Positions 1-13,426 of a DNA stretch of 64,000 bases are shown here, one piece after another; positions within the stretch are counted from its first letter, which is position 1, and every line of letters begins with the position of its first letter. Source of the stretch: Amoebophrya sp. A120 (Eukaryota > Protista > Dinoflagellata); the NCBI GenBank assembly GCA_905178155.1, contig CAJINV010000001.1:15066142-15130141 (forward strand), read 5' to 3'. The notes below the pieces were generated by a model, which was not told where the DNA came from, made no database searches, and saw nothing but the letters and a program-made list of their open reading frames with translations. The translations under genes were made by a program, and so were the position numbers.

Positions 1-156
1 TAATGGGATTTATTCTATTTCTGAATGACGATATTAAAAAGAGACGAGATGCAAGCGTTCATGTTGGCACCAACAAGCTTCTTGTAGCAGCGCTGAAGAA
101 CAAAAACCAGTAAGTGCCAGACAGGGCTAGTACATTCTCAAAAATTTCGATTGTAC

Positions 157-543
157 CAGTGTATCCGTGTCACTTGCCCACTTTTCCGTTCGATCCGTGA
201 TTTCATTCACGTTGTCCCGGAGCTTTCCCTTCGCAAAAACGCCCTGTCTTTTCGCGAACTTCTTCATCAACGTGCCGATGATGACGTACGTTTGCCCCAC
301 TTCGCAATCCGCAAGGTTCACCAAGGCAATCTTCTCCAAGACGGGGGCGTCCGTCCCCCACTTCTCGCTGATGGATTTGAGCAAATGCGGCTTCAATTCG
401 TGCAGCCGCACGTGGTACAAGTGGCAGTACTGCGTCCCCATTTCGCCGAATTCGGGATTTTTGTACTTTTTCGCCTCCAACGCATACTCGAACTGCGGCT
501 TCGCCGGCATCGGAACCTTTATTGTGCTCGAAGAAGCAGCCAT
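157..543 (-). CDS. POLD2: DNA polymerase delta subunit 2, first exon (gene continues off the left edge)
   Basis: QYCHLYHVRLHELKPHL...KWG...VIIGTLMK resembles the POLD2 N-terminal OB-fold. GT donor at 156. CAAAATGG start context. Confidence 0.8.
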
Positions 544-1135
544 TTTGTGTGAAGAATTTGCGCGAAGACTTTGGGCTGACTGTCAGCGTAAAGATATTGA
601 GAGTTCTTTTTCAAGTAGTGAAAGTGATGCTTGGAAAATGAATAAAGGACAGCAATACCAGAAACTAAAAATATTTATGAATCCTACAACTTACTGCAAG
701 CCAAGTAAAAAGTGGTCTCCGTGGCGAATTAGGTACCAAGAAAATATAGAACCAGCAACGGACTGAGGCAACAAGATGCGATCCAGTCAGATTGGTAGTC
801 TGAGGCTGTGTGACTAACTTCATCACAGAAGTGAAAACATCTGCAAGCGCACCCCTGTGCTATGCGTCCCTCTCCGATATCATCGTGTTAATTTGATCTA
901 TTTTCCGAACATCGCAAGTATCCGCAGCAGCCAGTTGCCGCAGTTTATTCACTTGCTGGAGGCAAAGTCTTGTCCTGCGTTGTCGTTTACTTCTCACTAG
1001 TGTTCACTTAAGAGCTGCTTACGAAGAACGCAGCAAGAAGAAATGCCGAGATGTCGCCGGTGAAGAAAAGGTTTGTAGTCTCAAGTTTTACGAATTTTTG
1101 GGGCACGACACACGTGACGTCGGGTGTCTGACGCC

Positions 1136-1577
1136 CTACATCGGTGCCCCCGCCATGCCCTGCTGTTGCTGCTGGATCTGTGCAGCTTGCAATGCGGCCG
1201 TCAGCTCAAAGTGCGCACACTCCCGGTCGAATTCCGCCAACGCGGGGGCGATGAGAACGATCATTCCCGTTGAAAGTATCCAGCACGTCTGCCCCCCAAT
1301 CCAGTACGCTGTTCGGACTACTCGCCGCAACTTGTTCAAGACTGTAGAGTGCCGTTTTGCATAACAAATTGTACTGCGATCGCAAAATGAAAATCTTCAT
1401 GAAAGAAGTAGCCCTTCCAGTGCCAGAGTACATGCATAAAAAGTACTATGTTGATGATACAGATACGGCAGCAGAAACTTCAACATGCACACCACATGAA
1501 AACTTACCATTTGCTGCTCCCTCCTTGACCTCCGGAGTGTTCAAGTCCTCCCACAACTTCCCAAATTGTGCTCCCAT
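1136..1577 (-). CDS. TOM22: Mitochondrial import receptor Tom22 (short plant/apicomplexan type), 2 exons: 1577-1508 and 1341-1136
   Basis: GT-AG intron 1507-1342 joins the exons in frame. WILSTGMIVLIAPALAEFDRE matches the Tom22 transmembrane signature WxxxTxxxxLxxPxxxExDRE. Confidence 0.75.
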
Positions 1578-2319
1578 GATTTCTTCGCTTTTCCTTTTCT
1601 AACAGCACAAGAAACTTGTTTCTACGTAAAGGACTACTTGAAGGGCTTTCCGCTAGTGTCGAAGAAGAAAATATTATCGTCCTCACGCTAGCACTACTTC
1701 GTCTGGCACCGGGTTATTGATCTGGCTATAAACAAAAAGATTATGTCTTCGCGATCTTGGCCTGCAGGTGATGGGATTCGCATCCGCACCGATAATTACT
1801 TTACGCAGTTGATCATCATCAAAACAATGGATCGCATCAAAGTACGCAGCCGCAGCGGAGAAAAAACAAATAACTTCTGCAGAGAGATCCTGAACCTATG
1901 CTAGGCGTTCGAACATCGGAGACAAACGATGGTGCTTTCCTGACGTGAAAAAAACCACGGTGGGCTCGTCTTTACAAACGCTGCTCTTCCTTCATGGCAC
2001 TGAAATTCGATGTAAAAGTATTGTGGTCTAAGGGGGTGTTTCTGTTGCGCAAATGCAGTTGCATTCCTCAAAGGGGTTGGTTTTTTTCTACACGCCGTGA
2101 TACTTGAGAGTTTTTTGGTTATCACGAATTGTGGCACTTCTGAATATTGCAGGGGGCTAGTTTCTAGGCACTATTGTGTTCTGAATAAGTAAGGAAACTC
2201 AAACCAAGTATTATATATTTGATTGTATATTCAAAAGAGTGAAAAAAAGATCGGATCGTGGAAAGACAACCTATGTTGCCAAGATGTTCGATTTTCTGTA
2301 GACTCAAGCTTTCTACTGC

Positions 2320-2826
2320 CTAAGACTTGCCCGTAGTGGGTCGAATGCCTTCTTCCCGCAACCTCCTCATGTTGAGGGGCGCGGCGCCGGGCGCGTGCAA
2401 ATCACTTACCGTGCCCGCGGCGCGCAGTGACCTCGCTTCTTCGTGTAGTAACGCTAACTTGGCATCTTCTGCTTGCATCCGGATGGCCCGCAGCTCCTCG
2501 CGGCTGCTTCGGTGCCTGGCTGGCGGCGGCGCGTGCACTAGGACTCGTTGCCGGTTGGCCAGGGCGCGCAATTTGCGCTGCTCCCGTTCCGCGTCTTCGC
2601 CATCGAACATCAGAGTCACCATGTGGTGATCCTGCAGGTGGGAGCTCAAAACCCCCGCGCGACTGTTAAAGTCCAACGGGTGGTCTAGGACAGTGTGCTG
2701 CATCACCTGCCTCACGGGCTTGCCCACCAGATTCCGGTCGCGAGCGCGGAGCACCGGCGAAATGTCACGGCTAATTTTGTACTGGCCTCCGAAAGCAGCG
2801 CCTGTAGTTTTGAAAGAGTTTGTCAT
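2320..2826 (-). CDS. Hypothetical protein, or 3' exon of the upstream gene
   Basis: 168-aa ORF with coding-like composition. No in-frame junction to 2935-4497 could be resolved. Confidence 0.45.
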   Translation of the reverse strand: MTNSFKTTGAAFGGQYKISRDISPVLRARDRNLVGKPVRQVMQHTVLDHPLDFNSRAGVLSSHLQDHHMVTLMFDGEDAEREQRKLRALANRQRVLVHAPPPARHRSSREELRAIRMQAEDAKLALLHEEARSLRAAGTVSDLHAPGAAPLNMRRLREEGIRPTTGKS

Positions 2827-2934
2827 TGTTTGGTCGAGTCTTCATCAGGGTAGCAAGCGGACATCCAAATTACAGTCAGAAGCGTTCTTGAAACAAGCAC
2901 AAAGGAACTACAGCACACAGAATCACACCAAAAA

Positions 2935-5900
2935 TCATGATTGAAAGAGCGCTTCAACATTAGATAGAGTACTGCTAAGCGGGTTCTTCGCTGTGTGGAT
3001 CGTCTTATCGTAGTCGGCGGCTGTTGATACTGCGTCCGTACCGTAATTTCCGACCAGCAAATTTCCCGTCCCGGTTTCCAAAATCAGTTCCACTTCCCGC
3101 GTTAGCGAGTCACCGCGCGTGTGCCGTGGCGGAGATCGGGAGGGCGCTTTTTCCACACTGGTCAAATACGGGCTCCTCGGATTCAGAGGCTTCTCCGACA
3201 TCCGTGGCGGCGAGGGCGTGAGCCTCTCCGACTTTGCACCGGCGTGGTCGCTCTCCAGTAAAAAATGCTTCACATCCGGAACCGCTTTCTTCTGCACGGG
3301 ACTGCCGCCTCGCTGCCCCGCGTGCGTGATCACCAAATCGTCAAAGTTGCGCTTCTTGCCCTTCGAGGGGTGTCTGTGCCGCTGGTTCATCTCTTCGTGC
3401 ACCTCGATGTCCTTGGAGAGTTTCTTCGCCATTGTAATGTCGTCGTCAGTCGGACCACGGTGGTGTGGATGTGCATCGACACCTCGGGGAAGATGTTCGT
3501 CCCCGTCGATCATTCTAGGTGTTATTTCCTGGTTGATTTGCGCGCCGGCAATCGTGGCGCCTTCAAGCTCATCATTTCCAGTGTAGTAGTTTTGCGGGGT
3601 TTTGTTTTCGCTCTGGTCCAAATCATCACCCGCGGTGGCGTTGCTCTCAGCTGTTCGGTTCAGCATATCTGGGCGAGTGGACGCCGGGCTCCTACTGGTG
3701 TTGCTCCGCGGAGTCCTTGGTGTACGGGACCGGCGGTGCGGGGAGTCGTGCTTCACGGCGCCAATGGACATGTAGGCATCGGAGCTGGTGAGGTGCACGT
3801 TTGTGATACCGCTGTGCTGACTTCCCAGCTTCCTTTCCAGGTCGTACCGTATGCCCTCGTGATTTTTCAAGTCTGACTGCGGCTTCACCCTGCGCAGCTC
3901 CGGCTGCATCGAGCGCGCACGGTACGCCTCATGCCAATCTGCAGCCTCCGCGGGCTTCTTCTGCTTCTGATACGTTTTCTCTAGTAATTGCTCGCTGCGC
4001 CGCTCCACCACCGCGCTCTTCGCCCGCTTGTGCGCAAACCGACCGTTGTTGCGGCGCTGCTCGCTTTCGTGCGGGTCCGTCACCTTCAGAGAGACGGACT
4101 CGCGTTTCGCGCGCAGCTGTTGCCACAAAGACAGCGCTTTATTACTATTGCTGGCATGATGTTGCGCCTCTTTGCGGTCGAGCGATACCGCTCTTCCGCG
4201 CGGAATGGCGTGGTCGTAGCGCGGTTTGACAGTGCCTTCCAATGCTCTCTGGCCTCCGAAAGCGGCAAACTGGGTGGGGTAGTCGACGCGGTCCCGGGGG
4301 GACAATCTCGAGCGCCGCCACGCTTGCGGCTCGTACACCCCGTAGGGCTTGATGTTCACCACGCCGTACTTCCGAGCGTCATTCAACTCTTTATCAATCT
4401 TCGCCTGCCGCAGGTTGAACAAGCTCGTCTCCCGCGCGATTTTTTTGCGATCAAACGCGTGCGGGTGGTGTTCCCAGTGGTTCCTGCCGTCGCGCATGTC
4501 AGACGTGTATCCGTGGACACCGTCCCCAATGCTTCCCCGATTTCGCTCCAGTGCGCAGCGCTCCGGCCGATGGTTCTCGTGTTTGTACGCGTGCGCAAGA
4601 CTTTGCCTTTTTTCGTTTTGCTCGTTGTTCAGCTCGGCCCAGGTGGTCCGCTGCTTCGGTGGCAGATGGGTTCCGTCGTCGTCGTATCAAATGTAAAAAT
4701 GTCTGGGTCTGGAAGATTGCAACTTGTCATGCTGTCTTTGGATTCCAAAAAAATCTGTATTGCGTGACCAGCAACAGGAGTCCAGTTTGTGTTACGCGGA
4801 GAGGGCATTTCTCATGCAGAATGGGCATCAGAAAGCCGTCTAAAAATCAGTGATGTTAGATCATGCATTACATGCATCATGGATCATACAAAATATGCAT
4901 CACAAATCCCGGAATCTTCCAGACCCAGACATTTTTGCAGTTGATACGTCGTGCATCTGCGTGTGGTGATCACTCTCCAATTGCGGGTTACGACCCTTGT
5001 AATTCTCGCCGGGGGACGGAGACCCTGTTTTCATTTTTTGATACGGTACTACATTGGCGAAAAGTCGTGGTCGCACTAAATTTCAGTTTGGTATTGTAAA
5101 GCCAATCCCAACAAATCAAATCATCAGCATTCATGCCAGCAAGTAGACGAGCCAAAAAAAACTTAATATACGTCTCTCCTGCACTGTGCCTTTGGAGTGG
5201 CGGATTGGCGACATGTGCGACATGCCGTTGTCGGGCGAGATGTGGTCCTGCCTCGACTTTGCCCGAATTCGGAAGTCTTCCAGATCCGCCGGGTGGTGAA
5301 ACCCGAGTTTCTTGTCACGCAGCCGGGCGTCAACCTCCTTATTCTCCGGCACTGGTGGCTGGTACACTTTCTTGCTTAGCTTTCTTTCCGGGTCATCCCG
5401 AAGATTTCCAGTTTTGATATTGCCACTCCCCGCTACATTCGTTGTGTCGCCTGGAAAGCGGCGCTCGAACAGTGCTGCACCCTCGGACGTCGAGCCAGTC
5501 AAATTTTGGTCCTTGTTCTGCCCGATTTTGAGCTGCGGGACCTTCCGGCGCTGCTCCTTCTGGGCCTTCAATTGCGAGGGGGAGCGATCGGCCGTTTCCG
5601 ACTTGTGGTCCCAGGCGTGTTGGTGCGTGTAGGAAGACCGGAATCGGTGTTCCGCTTCCTGCCTCTCCAATTCGCGGTCTTCCTCTGGGTGGTCAATGAG
5701 TTCGTGGGTCTTTTGCCGGTTACTTCTTTCCTCCTTCGGCGTTTTCCCGGCTTTGGTGACCTGCAGGCCGTTGTCCTCCGCGACTGTGGAGGTCGTGAAA
5801 AACTCCGCGGATTTTTTTGGCAGCAGCTTTTTATCCCCCGGCGGTCTGATGGGGTTCGCGTCCGGGAGCAGGTCGGGCTTGCCGGCGAAGTGCAGATCCG

Positions 5901-6483
5901 GCTGCTGACCACCCTGGATGTCCAGTGTAGTTCGGTTTTTCGGCTTCATGATTTCATCCATCTTCGGAGCAACTTGCACGCCCCGCATCCACGGCGGCAA
6001 GGCTTTCTTCGCCGCCTCCTCTTGGTAGAACAGAATGTCCGGGCTCCGGGAGCGCCGGCCGGCAGCAGGACGAGAAGAAGTTGTGTTGCAGCCGCTGCTT
6101 TGGGGCAAATTCACGACCGGGCGCTCCTGGTACGAATTCTTTGCTCCGCATGCATTTTTACCGACATCCCTCGAAAGTGACCGGCCTCTTTCGTCATCTG
6201 TCTGCATCGGGGTCCGCGCAACATCTGTTGCGAAGGGGACCATGGGAGACAAAGACCGTTGCAATTGCGACGCCAGATGCGGTGGCAGGGGAGAAACCGA
6301 CCGCTGCCACGGTTGTCGCATTGGATTGCTACCGGCTTCGCCGCGCCTGGGACCGTTGATTGTAGTGACAACGTCGTGCGCTCGTGTGGGAGAGGCACTC
6401 CGACTCGCCTGGGCCCGCACCGGAGACGCGCTCCGGCTCGGCGTATACCAGGCATTGACCAACCGCTTGCCGGCGGCCTGCAT
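2935..6483 (-). CDS. Large Arg/Ser/Pro-rich hypothetical protein; exons 6483-5172, 5024-4947, 4679-2935
   Basis: GT-AG intron 5171-5025 and removal of introner 4685-4946 plus 5 bp join the 450-aa and 520-aa ORFs in frame (...ERRSPSPG...QMHDDDGTH...). Confidence 0.7.
4685..4946. mobile_element. Introner family A (TIR TATCAAATG.AAAAATGTCTGGGTCTGGAAG), DR CGTCG/CGTCG
   Basis: About 34-bp TIR and perfect 5-bp DR. Removal restores the frame. Confidence 0.9.
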
Positions 6484-7388
6484 TTTTCCGCTGAGTTCAC
6501 GCCGAAGTCGCTTTTCGTTCAGTTCTGCCTATCAGCGCAAGATAGAAAGATGCATGTAGCATGCTTTACGTGTGAGTTGTGCTTTTATTTGTTTCGTGGG
6601 TTACACGATAAAGGAATAATAGTACCACTAGCGAGCCTTTGCATAGCGTACAATGGGGATACCGCCTGTGAGAGAGAAAAAAGGAAATCTTGATCTTCAC
6701 GATGTTGAGGCTGAATTTAGCTACAACAGGTTTACTTGCTTACCACGACAACACAGAAGAAAGACTCAGATTAACGATTAGAGTGAAGGTGAACGAAGGA
6801 GGAAAAACAGAAAGCGTTTTTTTGCACGATAGCAGCACCAGCACGACGACAGGGCGAATATCAGACCGATGTACATGAGAAGAGAACCTTCTACCGATAT
6901 CTTTGCGAACCTAATGTGGAATACATAGAAGTACGAAGACGAAGAGAAACGAAATCACGAAAGAATAAGAAAGTCAGAACGTGAACAGCTGGACTTTTTC
7001 GGCCTTTATAATTGCGACCTCTTTCAAAACAATCGGCACATATCTCGAATTTCTACTTTCTTCGCATGCAATTTCGGACCAGGCTCGCGATACAAGTACC
7101 GCAGCACAGGGCTCCGTAATCCCTACACAAGGTTCAAGTCGTCTGTTGGTCTTTTTCTACACGATGTCAATATCGGTCAAAATCTGCTACAGTCAGTCGC
7201 ATTGGCCCGTCAAAAATGACCAAAAACAAGAGAAAGGAAGTTCTGCATAAAGTTGAAGTGTCAATCAAATGGTTGGTTTACATAGTGTAGTACTGCGCTT
7301 TACCCAAAAAATCTGTGATCTTCCCCCAGCACGTCCGTCTCCGTTTGGACCCCAGGCACCATTGGAGACCGCACGACTGCCCAGGCCG

Positions 7389-10300
7389 CTACTTCAGAAC
7401 TTCTTGGTCACTGTCGTCACTGTACGTCTGTGATTTTGGGCAAGTTGTGACGTGACTTTTAGAAAAAGGTGGTATAGACATCAAACAGAAAACCACATCA
7501 GGCACGCTCGAAAGTAGCATCCAACAGATGTTGATCAAGCACTTCGTTTATCTACCTTCTATTGTACCAGCGTTTTGCCGTCGCTTCCGGGCGTCGGCGC
7601 TTTCTTCAGCTGCCGATCCGCGTAGTCCCGACTTTGTCGCATTAGATCTTCTACTCTGGGTATCCCACGAAAAAACTGTTTCACTGTGATGATTTTGCTA
7701 GATCTGCATCACAAGTTTGCTACACACAACACTGAAAGTCTGTCATGCGCGCTTCCCAAGGGAAAACACGCTTGAAAATCCAATGTGTTGCAGGTGTAGC
7801 AAGACAAATAGTTCTGTGTTCCATTTTCTGCATCACAAGCTCACAGTGAAACAGTTTTTTCTTGCGATACTGGGCTGCGGTGCGGGGCTTGGATTCCGCG
7901 ACCCTGTCAACGACGTGTTTGTCCGCACGTAGTGCTCTTGCTCTGGCTATCCTGAGTAAAAACGTACCCACGCCAGAGTTGTAATGCAGATTTGCAAAGA
8001 CAGGAAGACTTGTAACGCGCATCCCCATGAGAGCCATTTCCAATCGTGTTTTGGAATTTGTGATGCTGTGAACAGGATCAGCAGATCGATTTGTGATGCG
8101 GCTTTCCTTGCTAACTTGCACTACCTTACCGACTGAAACTTGTCATGCGTGACTGCCAAAACTCCTAGGTTTGTGTTGCGAAATCCCCATCTTGACTCTG
8201 GTGTGGGGACGTTTTTGATCAGGATACTGGCTGCGCGGGTCCCTTGTACCCATGGGAGAACGGACTCGGCAGCCGCATGTCCTTGGGTAAGCTATCTCGT
8301 GAATTCACCCGGACCAGTTTCCGCAGAGACCCGTCCGGCTCTTTCGACTTACTTCGTGACCGGTCGCGCCGCTTGCCGCGACTGTTACACCGCACTAAAT
8401 TTCGATCGTTGTTGAACCACTCGCTGCCTTTCTGCTCCGCAGTGTTTGGCCTGTGCTCATCGGCCGGGTTGACCGACGCAGCAGCACTACCCCCTCCTGG
8501 GTGCACCCTTGGGTCGCCGTACTGTGCGGCGGAGGCGTTGCTGTAGTAATCCGGAGCGTGCTGTTGCTGATGTTGGTAAGTATTGTAGCTCGAGCTACTA
8601 CTCCCCGCTTGCTGCTGGTGGCCACCTGCACTGCCCCCAGTGTACATATTCGGCGCCGGTTGCATCTGTCCTGGTTGCGGTGGCTGCAGGGCTGGATTGT
8701 ACCCTTGCGAGTACTGCATCGCCATTTGCGGATTTGGATACACCATCCCCGGTACGCCCGGCGCAGCACCCGGCGCCCCGTACGCGAACTGGGGAAACTG
8801 GCCCGCTGCAGCGGGATTGTAGAGCGGATTGGCGGCGGCCAGCATGGGATTCGCAGCTGCCATCATCGGATTGGCGCCCGCCATCATGGGGTTCTGCATC
8901 ATGTGTGGCATCAAGTGCATCTGGCCTGCAGCTCCTGGTTGCACCATGGCACCGGGCTGCTGGTGGTGTCCCGGAAGTTGCATCGGGTGTGATGCGCCAA
9001 CATGTGGATTCTGTGCATGTTGTCCACTGCCACCTTGCACGCTCGGACTGGGGTCGAGGACCGCACCGGGGAGGTTCCCCTGATACAGATAGGCCAGCTC
9101 CTGACTATCCAGTGGCCCGACCTCCTGCTCGAGTCGGCTCCTCGCTTGCCTCAAGGCCTCCTTTCTCTTCGAAAATCCCCCGGCGGCTTCGAGGACGTCG
9201 GCGCGGGAACCGAAGAAACCGAGGAGTTTGACACAAATTTCTGCGATGTAGTGGCTATTCGCGAATGGGTCACCCCACACGGACCGGCCGGTGGAGAGGT
9301 GGTGGTAGTAAGCCTTTTCGTTTTCGTAGTACGGACCTTGCCACTGCGTTGAAAGCTTCTCCGCTTGTTGGAGGACGCCGGAGTACATATCTGATTAATG
9401 GAAGTAGTCCTGAATTAATATTTGCAAGTGTACCACGACACAGTGACTGCCGAAACAAGCTTCTGCGCTAGATATGCAATGAAAGAAGGCCCGGTTTTTC
9501 AGTGTCTCAAAAGAATTATGTGTTGTTGTACTTCTCAGCTGTCCGCGAATGTCCATGCCACGCTGCAGAATGAGAATCATCGACTTGAACGTTGCGTCAC
9601 TTGGATGGGTCCAGCAGGATTCCATTGTTTGCGAGTTCGCGTAATACCTGTGCAGGGAGTTGGTGCAAGAAGACATTTCCCTTTGGTGCACAGTGTGACG
9701 ATGAGAAAATTCTTCATGCAGACAAGACTTTAAAAAAGAAACCACGCTCCCGAACTACAGAAAAAAATAACTTACGGTGTCGCGTTCTCCTTCCCCTTTG
9801 GTGTGTGTAGGGTCCAAAACGCAGGTAGTGGTGCTTGCATTGCGCACTTCACGAGCCAGGAAATCTGTCAGTGAGTAGTTTGCTTGGCCTTTGTAGTTTT
9901 CTGTCATGCCTAGGCTTATGCTTACCGTTACCCTGTGCAAGAAAATCATTTCCGCGACTCAAAGAACAGAAAGCGACAAAAACGCAAGCAGACATCGCAA
10001 CTACCTCCGGCACCCGTTTCAGCTCCTGTTGGACGTGCTCCTTCGAACATAATTTACTCGGATCCGAACTCTCTCCGCTGGACAACAAATACTGCGCGTA
10101 CTGCAAAAATGCCTCGGGATCTTCGGACTCCGGATCGGTCAAATTCGACCTGGCACTCCTTGCGCTCATCTCGTGTGACCTGGCGGAGCTCTGCGCCCCG
10201 TCCGTCGTGCTTGTGTTGGCCCCTCCCGCGTTTGTGTCGGTCACCACCTTCACGACCTCGTCGTCTTTTCTCCTCCCCTTCGCCGAGAACAATCTTCGCA

Positions 10301-10796
10301 TCAGCCCGGGTCTCCGGCTCACCGAGTCGTCTCGCCGACTCATGACACTGTCTTCCCGCCCGCCGCCGCCCCGCTCCTTGGAGTTCTCCCGGCCGCGCCC
10401 GCGCTTGCTGACGGACTGCTCGCGGGTTTTGCTATTCGCAGCCGCTACCTGCTCGCGGGACCGCGAAATCAGCTCATCCTCGTGCTTCAACGTTTCCCCG
10501 TCCCCGCCACCTCCCGGAGCGGTGTCTTTCGAATCACCGTTGAAGGAAAACACGGAATCACCGGAGTCTCGCCTGCTGCGCTGCATTTTCATGGATAATG
10601 AGGGGACGCGCGGGGAGGCGTTAATGTTGGAGAAGTCCTTGTTCTGCTTTCTTCGCGCATTGCTATTCAAGAAGGTCAACGGCGGATTTTCCAGCGGTCG
10701 GGGTGGAGGCGCGACCGCTGAGTCCAACGCCCCCGGCTGCCCGGGCGCTGGTGCAAGACATTCGTCGGGGGACCGCGGGGTGATGCCTGAATTCAA
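7389..10796 (-). CDS. Multi-exon WW-domain protein with a CEP164-like N-terminal WW module and a Q/P/G-rich region (5' end unresolved)
   Basis: Spliced sequence RVPE|ISWLVKCAMQAPLPAFW...P|YYANSQTMESCWTHP (GT-AG introns 10004-9865 and 9775-9648) resembles CEP164 [20 protein letters not shown]...YYFN...SMWDHP. Second WW: WQGPYYENEKAYYHHLSTGRSVWGDP. Two introners in the 3' part. Last exon 7427-7389 is tentative. Confidence 0.65.
7661..7869. mobile_element. Introner family D (TIR TATC.CA.GAAAAAACTGTTTCACTGTGA), DR CTGGG/CTGGG
   Basis: 29-bp TIR and perfect DR. Removal gives QPRVEDLM in frame. Confidence 0.88.
7948..8226. mobile_element. Introner family B (TIR TATCCTGAGTAAAAACGTCCCCACACCAGAGT), DR CTGGC/CTGGC
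   Basis: 279 bp, same length as and highly similar to the copy at 57513-57791. Removal restores the frame. Confidence 0.92.
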
Positions 10797-11762
10797 ATAT
10801 TAAATGTGGAGCGGAAACGGAATGAATCGTTCGCATACCGCATGAATAACAACTTTCACAACAAAAACTTTGGTCGCTACTTAACATCCAAGGGAAAAGA
10901 TTCGAATGAAATTCACGCGTACAAAAATGAGTCTGACTTACCCGGCAGGAACTCGAACTGAGCATCTTCCAACGAAACAGCCCCTTGCTCACCGACGTTC
11001 TTGTACGGCTCGGTCCTCTTACCGCCAAAGGACGTCCGCCGGAAGAGCGACCTCATGCGCGCTAGAGCGACCCTGGAGCACTTTGCTGTCGATTCAGGTG
11101 GATAGCGTTTTCGTCTTATGCTGAGCGGCAGCACTCGCACGCCATGAAAGCGGGGCCTTTGGTAATGAAGAACTGTGCTGACGGTTTTTCTATCTTCTTT
11201 TCAAAAAACCCATATTCTGTTCGCAAACCAATGAAAATCGACGCCTCACTGACTACATCTTTGTGTCACATCAAGAAAAGAAGGCACAGGCGAAGATGCT
11301 TAGGAAAAAAACGACAGTGAAAGCACGCACGGACTAACACAGGTCCACACACACGACAAAAGCTCTCTTTACACAGACGAACGAAACGAAAAAAACGTTC
11401 ACGCACATCGAAGCAGAAAAATTTCGCTCAACATACGCACAACTTCTCGATGAAGCAACTTCGCTCTGCCACATCTCGATCGCAAGACTTTCTTCTTTAA
11501 TTTCTCTCAGCAGGCTGTCATGACAGCACGACAGCGCAAACATGACAAAGGGCATTCCCAACTAAGATATGCGTGCAAAAACGCAGGTCAATAATGTCTT
11601 GCCTTATTATGCGTTCCGACTGGGAGCTGCGAGTCTGGTGCTTCTATCTTCTAAGTTAGCTACGTTCATTTGAATTTGAAAAAACCTCCCTCAGAAGATT
11701 ACAACAAGGAGTACTGTCTTCAGCCATCGATCATACAAGGAAGAAAATTCTTTTTGTGTCCA

Positions 11763-13049
11763 CTAGTAAAAGCCGCTGGAAAAATTCACCGCTCCGCTGG
11801 CGATGTCCATGCGCGTTTGCGACAGGGGCCGGCCATCGTTCAGGTCCGTACTTCCCGCGTAGCCGAAATTCATCGTCATCGGGTCCCCGCTCATGTCCCC
11901 CGCCCCGCCCCAGCCGTGAAACACCCACGTGTGGCCCTGCGGCTGAAAGTAAGGTTGCAGGGTTCCCAGTCTGCGTTTGGTGTCGAGAAATTGATGCACC
12001 GCGAGGTAATTCTCCGGAATTTCTTCCAGCGGGTAGTCGAGTTTGAGAATCTGCCGCACCGTTTGCATGGTCGTCGGGTTCAACACCACGTCGACCTGCG
12101 GCCGTTTCACGTTGTTGACGATCATGGAAAACTCCGTGTCGCACGGGCAGTCCGTCTCCTGGACGACCGTGGTCCAAAACTGGCCCTGTCGTTTGCCCGG
12201 GTCGTCCCCGCGCGTGCTGGGGCCGTCGACGCAGCCAAAGTCCGCTGCGTACGGCTCGGTTCCGAGGGAAGCGGAGAAGAAGTTGCTTTTTTTGCAAGCA
12301 GTTATAGGCTTCGATGAAGGACCGGTGTCAGTAGCGTCTTGCGTTGCTGCAACTGCGATTGAAGTTGATGTTGGCTGCGTGCTACGTGAAGAACCACTAC
12401 GCAGCTGCCATATTAGATTCGAGAGCCACCTTTGCCCAAACCACGCCGATTCTTGTTCTTCTACTTGGGTGGTTTTTTCCTTTCCCGCTGCGACTGATGT
12501 CCTTGTTACGTCGTCAGAATAGCAAAAGTTGTCCGCCTCTGGAGGTGCCGGCTGCCCTATCACAGTTAAGCCCGGCCGAACTTGCCACGCCTGCACTAGG
12601 TGTGATTTCCCTTTCATCGGCAGAAGGATTCGCGCTCCGCTTTTGATTTTCTTGCTCCCAACACGTCGAGACGATGATCCACACGAGCTGCTAGAGTTTC
12701 CGTCGACCAGCTGATCGCTCGAGTAGAACCCCGCAAACTTCTTGTCCGCCGGCACATGCCACAGCCCATCCGTGTCGCGCACCCCGTACTTGAACTCTTC
12801 CGGCGGTTGCAGAATCCCGCCCGGACAGGCACAGGGCTTGATAATCATCAACGGCCGGACGGCGGTGGTCATCCCGTACCGGTAACCGGGTAAACTTGCC
12901 CCGATCAGGTCGGGGAAGCCCCGCATCGGCTTGCCGGCCACACATGACCAGTCGTTGAGTTTCTCGTGCTGTTTGGTCACGTCCTCGGCGGTGTGCCAAA
13001 ACGGGTTCCGTTCCGCGTACGCGTCTGTTACGTGCTTCCCAGTCGCCAT
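11763..13049 (-). CDS. Hypothetical protein, 428 aa
   Basis: Long ORF with CAAAATGG start context and strong GC3 bias in the terminal parts. No family recognised. Confidence 0.7.
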   Translation of the reverse strand: MATGKHVTDAYAERNPFWHTAEDVTKQHEKLNDWSCVAGKPMRGFPDLIGASLPGYRYGMTTAVRPLMIIKPCACPGGILQPPEEFKYGVRDTDGLWHVPADKKFAGFYSSDQLVDGNSSSSCGSSSRRVGSKKIKSGARILLPMKGKSHLVQAWQVRPGLTVIGQPAPPEADNFCYSDDVTRTSVAAGKEKTTQVEEQESAWFGQRWLSNLIWQLRSGSSRSTQPTSTSIAVAATQDATDTGPSSKPITACKKSNFFSASLGTEPYAADFGCVDGPSTRGDDPGKRQGQFWTTVVQETDCPCDTEFSMIVNNVKRPQVDVVLNPTTMQTVRQILKLDYPLEEIPENYLAVHQFLDTKRRLGTLQPYFQPQGHTWVFHGWGGAGDMSGDPMTMNFGYAGSTDLNDGRPLSQTRMDIASGAVNFSSGFY

Positions 13050-13426
13050 TTTGTTTTTTTCGTTTCTTCGAAATCCTTACGGCTGGCAATAGGTCCTCCT
13101 CAACCGACGAAGACTATTTCAAAACATCGAAAGAACTACGTAAAGCGGCCTTTGCCGGAGAATTTTTCATGATCGATAAAAATCAAGCACGAATCGACAG
13201 CCACGGTCGGGACAGTGCGAAGGAATGTAAAACGATCAGCGGTGGAGAGGAGACGACATGCGATTTTTTATCAACGACTGCGACATCACGACGATCACGA
13301 CAGGCGACTAGTTAAGTAACGTGAATACTTGACTGCACGAGGCAGCAGTGTGAACCAGCCTATCCACCCACTTTTTGTTTTTCGCATTTTGCAAAAAATT
13401 CAATCTGTGTCAACTCCTGCTTAAGA

